DNA of 64,000 nucleotides from Planctomycetota bacterium (GTDB lineage Bacteria; Planctomycetota; B15-G4). The stretch spans positions 1,888,001-1,952,000 of the forward strand of contig CBDFJQ010000002.1 of assembly GCA_965248575.1 (NCBI GenBank), written 5' to 3'. How positions within the stretch are numbered: the stretch's first letter is position 1; each line of letters opens with the position of its first letter. Below are positions 59,296 to 64,000 of this stretch, in pieces. The notes under the pieces are model-generated. The model was not told where the DNA came from, did not search any database, and was given only the letters and a program-made list of their open reading frames with translations. The translations under genes and the position numbers were made by a program.

Positions 59296-60243
59296 ATGCT
59301 CAGCACTTTCGCCCTGCTCGCCCCTGCCACCCAGGCCGTCACTCAGGCTGTAGACCAACCAGGCCCCTGGGAGCTACTGCTCGGGCGCTCGCACATCCTT
59401 GCGCTGCACTTCCCCCTCGCCTTGCTGCTGGTGGCGGCCTTCCTGGAGTTCGTCTCCCGCAAGCGCGAGCAACCCGGGCCAAACCCACACGCCTTCACAT
59501 GCCTTTGGCTCGGCGCCCTGTCCGCTCTCGTGGCCGCCGGCACGGGCTGGGTCTTCGCCGAAGTGGAGCCCCTCTCCCAGAGCCAGGACGAGCACCTCTT
59601 CCAGCATCGCTGGGCGGGCGTGCTCACGGCAGTGCTCGCCCTCAGCGCGACGATCGTGGGTGCCCTCTCCCGCAAGCGCCCCTCCCTGCGCAAGAGCTTC
59701 CGCATCCTGTTGGGCGTCGCTGCACTCGGCGTCGCCGCCACGGGTCACTTCGGCGGTGAGATGGTGCACGGCGAAAACTTCCTGTTCGATGGGTTCACAT
59801 CCACAGGAAGCGGCAGCACGTCTGCACGCCCGAGTTCCAACTCCTCTGCGTCCCCCACGGCGAGTTCGCTGGAGTCTTCCGCGACAGCTGGGGAATCCAC
59901 CGCGGGTGGAGCTGCACTGGACGCCCTGGCGACAGGCGCGGACAAAGACCAAAGCGTGTCCTTCGAGCACGACGTCGAGCCCATCTTCGCTGCACACTGC
60001 TACGTCTGCCACGGGGACGCCAAGGGCAAGGGACGCTTGCGCTTGCACGACCTCGAAGCCCTGTTCGCCGACGGAGCCGGGGACTGGCTGATCGTGCCGG
60101 GGGACCCCGACGCAAGCGAGCTGATCACCCGCGTGCGCCTGCCGCCAGGCGACCTGGACATCATGCCGGAGGAGGGAGACCCCCTCTCGCCCGAACAGAT
60201 CGACAGCCTGGTGCGCTGGGTGGAACAGGGCGCTACCTATTAG
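59296..60243 (+). CDS. DUF2231-like membrane domain + Planctomycete-type cytochrome c domain
   Basis: HILALHFPLALL, HRWAG, TGHFGGEMVHG; VSFEHDVEPIFAAHCYVCHG (CxxCH at 59998-60012), IVPGDPDASEL, MP, WVEQGA. Confidence 0.88.
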   Translation: MLSTFALLAPATQAVTQAVDQPGPWELLLGRSHILALHFPLALLLVAAFLEFVSRKREQPGPNPHAFTCLWLGALSALVAAGTGWVFAEVEPLSQSQDEHLFQHRWAGVLTAVLALSATIVGALSRKRPSLRKSFRILLGVAALGVAATGHFGGEMVHGENFLFDGFTSTGSGSTSARPSSNSSASPTASSLESSATAGESTAGGAALDALATGADKDQSVSFEHDVEPIFAAHCYVCHGDAKGKGRLRLHDLEALFADGAGDWLIVPGDPDASELITRVRLPPGDLDIMPEEGDPLSPEQIDSLVRWVEQGATY

Positions 60244-60318
60244 AGCCGTCGGGGGCCGCTGGAATGCCCGCTTCGGTAGACTGCGCGATTCCCTCGCCCC
60301 CCTGGCTCTGCCCCTTTC

Positions 60319-61062
60319 GTGACCACGCGTGAATCTCCATCGGCACACGCTCGCCCCTGCGTCGAGTTCGCCGACCTCTCCCGGCACTACACGCTCGGCA
60401 CGGAAACCGTCCACGCCCTCGACCATGTGGACCTGTTCATCGGCCACGGCGAGCACGTCGCCATCGTCGGTCCTTCGGGCAGCGGCAAGTCCACGATGCT
60501 CCAGATCCTGGGCTGTCTGGATGCACCCACCCACGGCGAGTACCGCCTGGACGGCACGGCCGTCGGGCGCCTGTCCGAGTCGGCCTTGGCCGAGGTACGC
60601 AACGTCAAGATCGGCTTCGTCTTCCAGCAGTTCCATCTGTTGAAGCGCGCCAGCGCGCGCCGCAACGTCGAGCTGCCCCTGGTCTACGCGGGGCGCCCCG
60701 CCAAGGAGCGGCGCGAACGGGCCGATGCAGCCCTGGCCTCCGTCGGCTTGGGTGACCAACGGAATCGCCGGCCCGACCAGCTCTCAGGCGGGCAGCGACA
60801 GCGGGTCGCCATCGCCCGTGCCCTGGTGAGCAACCCTTCCATGCTTTTGGCTGATGAGCCCACCGGCAATCTCGACAGCAAGACCGGGGCCGAGATCCTC
60901 GACCTCTTTGACGCGCTTCGCAGCCCGGAGCGCACCCTGGTGATGGTGACCCACGATGCAGCACTGGCGGCTCGGACAGGGCGCATCATCGCCCTGCGCG
61001 ACGGGCGTCTCGAATACGACGGCATCCCTGCCGGATACACGACGGAGGCAGCATTCTCGTGA
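60319..61062 (+). CDS. ABC transporter ATP-binding protein (MacB/LolD-like)
   Basis: GPSGSGKST, IGFVFQQFHL, LSGGQRQRVAIARAL, ADEPTGNLD, VTHD. Confidence 0.95.
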   Translation: MTTRESPSAHARPCVEFADLSRHYTLGTETVHALDHVDLFIGHGEHVAIVGPSGSGKSTMLQILGCLDAPTHGEYRLDGTAVGRLSESALAEVRNVKIGFVFQQFHLLKRASARRNVELPLVYAGRPAKERRERADAALASVGLGDQRNRRPDQLSGGQRQRVAIARALVSNPSMLLADEPTGNLDSKTGAEILDLFDALRSPERTLVMVTHDAALAARTGRIIALRDGRLEYDGIPAGYTTEAAFS

Positions 61063-62309
61063 ACAGCTCGACTCCCACCAGGCGTCAGCGGGGGGGAACC
61101 CTCGGCTCGCTGCTGGTGATCCTCTTGCTGCTCGCCACCGGAGCAGGCCTGTGGTGGCAGAACCGGGCACCCGCATCGACGGGCGTGGATGCCGACCGCC
61201 TCGTCAGCGTCGAAACGCGAGAGGTGCTCGACGCCGTCAACGCTTCGGGTCGCGTGGAACCCCATGCTCGCGTCGCCGTCATGAGCCGCGCCAGCGGCAT
61301 CTTGGAGAAGCTCCTGGTGGAAGAGGGGGACGCGGTCAACCAGGGCCAGGTGCTCGCAGAATTGGACCGCGAGCAACTCGAAGCCTCATTGGCCCAGGAC
61401 CGCGCCGACCTGCAGTCCGCGGAGGCCCGCGTCGCCGCCGCCAGGGCCCGGGTGCTCGAAGCCTTGGTCTCGCTGGAGGACCCGGAACTCGAGTTCGTTC
61501 GCCGGGAATCGGAACGCCTGGCGTTGTTGTTCGACACGGGCGATGTCACGGAACGCGAGTTGGAAGCAGCGCAACGGGAGCACGCCCGCATCCAGTTCGA
61601 AATCGAACGGCTCTCGGCTGGCCTGCCCGTGCTGGAAGCAGATGTGGCAGAAGCCCTCGCCAACCTGGACGCGGCCGCAGCCTCCATCGAGCGCAGCGAG
61701 ACAGCATTGCGGGAAGCCACCATCCGCTCGCCCATCGACGGCATCGTGCTCGTGCGCGACAAAGAGGTGGGGGACGGTGTGTCGTCGATCCTCACAGCGG
61801 GCGGCAATGCCACTCGCGTCATGTCCCTGGGCGACCTCTCGGAGATGTTCATCGAGGCGCGTGTGGACGAGGTGGATCTAGGGCGTATCCGGCTGGGCAT
61901 GCCAGCGCGTGTCACCGTGGATGCCCACCGCGGCCAGACCCTCGAAGGCCTGGTGGCGCGCATCGCTCCGGCCGGCTCCGTCGACAACAACGGCATCGTC
62001 ACCTTCGAGGTGCGCGTCACCGTGAAGGACCCCAACAGACTCTTGCGGCCCGACATGACCGCGGATGCGCGCCTGATCATCGATCGACGGGAGAACGCCC
62101 CGACCATCGCACAGAGCGCTTTGATCCGCGGCCTCAACGACACCTGGAGCGCCCAGAAGGTCGAGGGATCCGGACTCACGGAGCGGGTGGAGACAGTCGA
62201 AGTCCGCATCGGCCTGAGTGACGGCCTCATGACGGAGGTGCTTGAGGGTCTGGAGGTTGGCGACCGGGTGCTTCTGCCCAACGTCCTGGCCGGTTCCCGC
62301 GGGCGCTGA
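61059..62309 (+). CDS. Efflux periplasmic adaptor (MacA/HlyD family)
   Basis: N-terminal TM; SGILEKLLVEEGD; coiled coil; IRSPIDGIV; VDEVDLGRI; LRPDMTA; GLEVGDRV. Confidence 0.92.
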   Translation: MNSSTPTRRQRGGTLGSLLVILLLLATGAGLWWQNRAPASTGVDADRLVSVETREVLDAVNASGRVEPHARVAVMSRASGILEKLLVEEGDAVNQGQVLAELDREQLEASLAQDRADLQSAEARVAAARARVLEALVSLEDPELEFVRRESERLALLFDTGDVTERELEAAQREHARIQFEIERLSAGLPVLEADVAEALANLDAAAASIERSETALREATIRSPIDGIVLVRDKEVGDGVSSILTAGGNATRVMSLGDLSEMFIEARVDEVDLGRIRLGMPARVTVDAHRGQTLEGLVARIAPAGSVDNNGIVTFEVRVTVKDPNRLLRPDMTADARLIIDRRENAPTIAQSALIRGLNDTWSAQKVEGSGLTERVETVEVRIGLSDGLMTEVLEGLEVGDRVLLPNVLAGSRGR

Positions 62310-62315
62310 TTCTCC

Positions 62316-63590
62316 GTGACGCTTTGGTCCCTCATCGCCGAGTCCTTCGCATCGATCGGGCTCGAGATTCGGCGCATCGCCCCCATGGCAGCGGGCATCG
62401 TCTGGGGCGTGGCCTCGGTCTTCGTGCTGGTTGCGCTGGGCCGTGGGTTCGAGGACACCCAGCGCCGTTCGCTCGAGGCGCTCGGGGACAGCTTCCTGCT
62501 GCTGCGCGTCAACCGTGCCACCACCAGCCGGGGCGACATCCGCAGCAACGCCTTCGTGAGGCTCGAGGGTGACGACATCGACATGGCGCGCGAAGCGTCG
62601 CCGTCAGTCGCTGCCATCTCTCCAAAAGCGAACAACTGGTTCATGCAGGGCTACCGAGACGGCAAGCTCGCCCGCTTGCACGCGGTGGGCGTGGACCCGG
62701 AATACGCAGACATCTGTCATGTGGCCATGGCATCGGGTGGGCGCTGGCTCGACGACAATGACATGCAGCACGAGCTGCCCGTGTGCGTCATCGGACCCGG
62801 TGCGCGCGAGGAGCTCTTCGGCGACGAGCCGTATCTCGGGCAGGAGATCCAGCTCATCTTCACCCGTGGTGCGGGGGAGGACACCCTGCTGAGGCGCCTG
62901 ACGGTCATCGGTTCCTTGAGCGAGGTCGAGCTGGCGGGCGACGACATCTACACGAGCCACCGACGGGCGGTCTTCGTGCCCTTCACCACCTGGGAGCGAA
63001 TGTCACCGCAGGGCTTCCAGTTCATGGTCATGCGCCCGCTCACACCGGCCCACAAGGAAGCCGCCCTGTCCGAGGTACGCGCTGCCCTGGCCTACCGTCG
63101 GGGCTTCGACCCGGACAACAAGAACACGCTCATCCCCTACTTTGATGCCATCGATCGATCGCAGCGGATCGAGGAGGTCTTCGGTGGCCTGGAGGTGTTC
63201 CTGGGAGCGGTGGGAGCCTTGATCATGCTGCTAGGAGCAGTGGGCGTGGCGAACGTCGTGCTCATGTCCGTCACGGCGCGCACGGCAGAGTTCGGGTTGC
63301 GGCGGGCCCTGGGCTGCAAGAGCCGCTGGGTCTTCGCACAAGTGTTCCTAGAAGCCTCCCTGGTGTGTGTGATCAGCGGCGGCCTGGGCTTCCTGCTGGG
63401 TGCGGGAGGGGTGGGCGTCATGCGCGGCATCGAGCTGCCCGAGGGCTTCTCCGTGCCACAGGCGGAGTGGCAAGCGGCGCTCCTGCCGGGAGCCCTGCTG
63501 CTTGTGGTCAGCCTGGGTGCTGCGCTCTGGCCCGCAACGCGTGCTGCCCGCATGTCGGTCGTGGAAGCCCTGCACGGAGCACCGCTCTGA
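62316..63590 (+). CDS. ABC transporter permease (MacB/FtsX-like)
   Basis: GIVWGVASV; GAVGVANVVLMSVTARTAEFGLRRALG; WPATRAARM. Confidence 0.92.
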   Translation: MTLWSLIAESFASIGLEIRRIAPMAAGIVWGVASVFVLVALGRGFEDTQRRSLEALGDSFLLLRVNRATTSRGDIRSNAFVRLEGDDIDMAREASPSVAAISPKANNWFMQGYRDGKLARLHAVGVDPEYADICHVAMASGGRWLDDNDMQHELPVCVIGPGAREELFGDEPYLGQEIQLIFTRGAGEDTLLRRLTVIGSLSEVELAGDDIYTSHRRAVFVPFTTWERMSPQGFQFMVMRPLTPAHKEAALSEVRAALAYRRGFDPDNKNTLIPYFDAIDRSQRIEEVFGGLEVFLGAVGALIMLLGAVGVANVVLMSVTARTAEFGLRRALGCKSRWVFAQVFLEASLVCVISGGLGFLLGAGGVGVMRGIELPEGFSVPQAEWQAALLPGALLLVVSLGAALWPATRAARMSVVEALHGAPL

Positions 63591-63606
63591 TCGGCGGCAC
63601 GCCAGC

Positions 63607-64000
63607 ATGACGACCCTCCTGTCCATTCTTCGCGAAGCTCTCGGCAGCCTTCTGAGCCACCCCCTGCGATCCGCACTCACCGCGGCCAGCGTCACCTTCG
63701 GTGCGGCGGTGCTGATCATCCTGCTGAGCTACGCCAGGGGCTTTCCGGAGACCACGAGCACGATGCTGCGCGGCCTCGGCAGCAAGGAGTTCCTGGTGGA
63801 GCCCAGCCGCCGGCGAGGCATGGGCACGGGGCGCAGCGGTCGGCAGGTCCAGATCCGCTACTCCGACATGCCGGCCATCCGGGATGCCTGTCCCTCCATC
63901 GACGGCATGGCCCCCACCTACCGCCCGGGCCGCGGCGGCCCGGTGTTCTCAAGCGATCGCTCCTGGCCCTGGGCCCTCGTGAATGGTGTTGGCCACGCCT
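63607..64000 (+). CDS. Second MacB-like ABC permease (truncated by the window end)
   Basis: Manual translation: MTTLLSILREALGSLLSHPLRSALTAASVTFGAAVLIILLSYARG... Confidence 0.85.
   Translation, partial: MTTLLSILREALGSLLSHPLRSALTAASVTFGAAVLIILLSYARGFPETTSTMLRGLGSKEFLVEPSRRRGMGTGRSGRQVQIRYSDMPAIRDACPSIDGMAPTYRPGRGGPVFSSDRSWPWALVNGVGHA

Noticed and set aside
60319..64000. MacAB-like exporter as the PKS product transporter
   Set aside because: A common module about 50 kb away with no evidence of linkage.

Overview
GC-rich bacterial chromosomal window, most likely Planctomycetota. This is inferred from a Planctomycete-type cytochrome c domain, a DUF1570-type zincin, a sulfatase and many FG-GAP/ASPIC-UnbV lipoproteins. 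It holds about 40 densely packed CDS, mostly exported or cell-envelope proteins. I found no rRNA, tRNA, CRISPR array or mobile element. Highlights: (1) a probable hidden selenoprotein at 12279-13499 that the ORF track splits in two; an in-frame UGA gives a U-x-x-C redoxin motif followed by a SECIS-like hairpin, and the protein has a signal peptide and a fused nDsbD-like domain. (2) An orphan single-module, fully reducing type I PKS (ACP-KS-AT-DH-ER-KR-ACP, no TE or loading enzyme) directly followed by a B12-dependent radical SAM gene. (3) A candidate ~90-110 aa terminal module shared by three unrelated secreted proteins. (4) A secreted protein with lysyl-oxidase-like Lys/Tyr motifs. (5) Four CRTAC1/ASPIC-UnbV lipoproteins, one a 1726-aa multi-module protein. 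(6) An ECF sigma/anti-sigma operon with a candidate autoregulatory promoter, and a recurring TGCTANNCT extended -10 motif. All family calls come from motifs read by eye; no database search was run.
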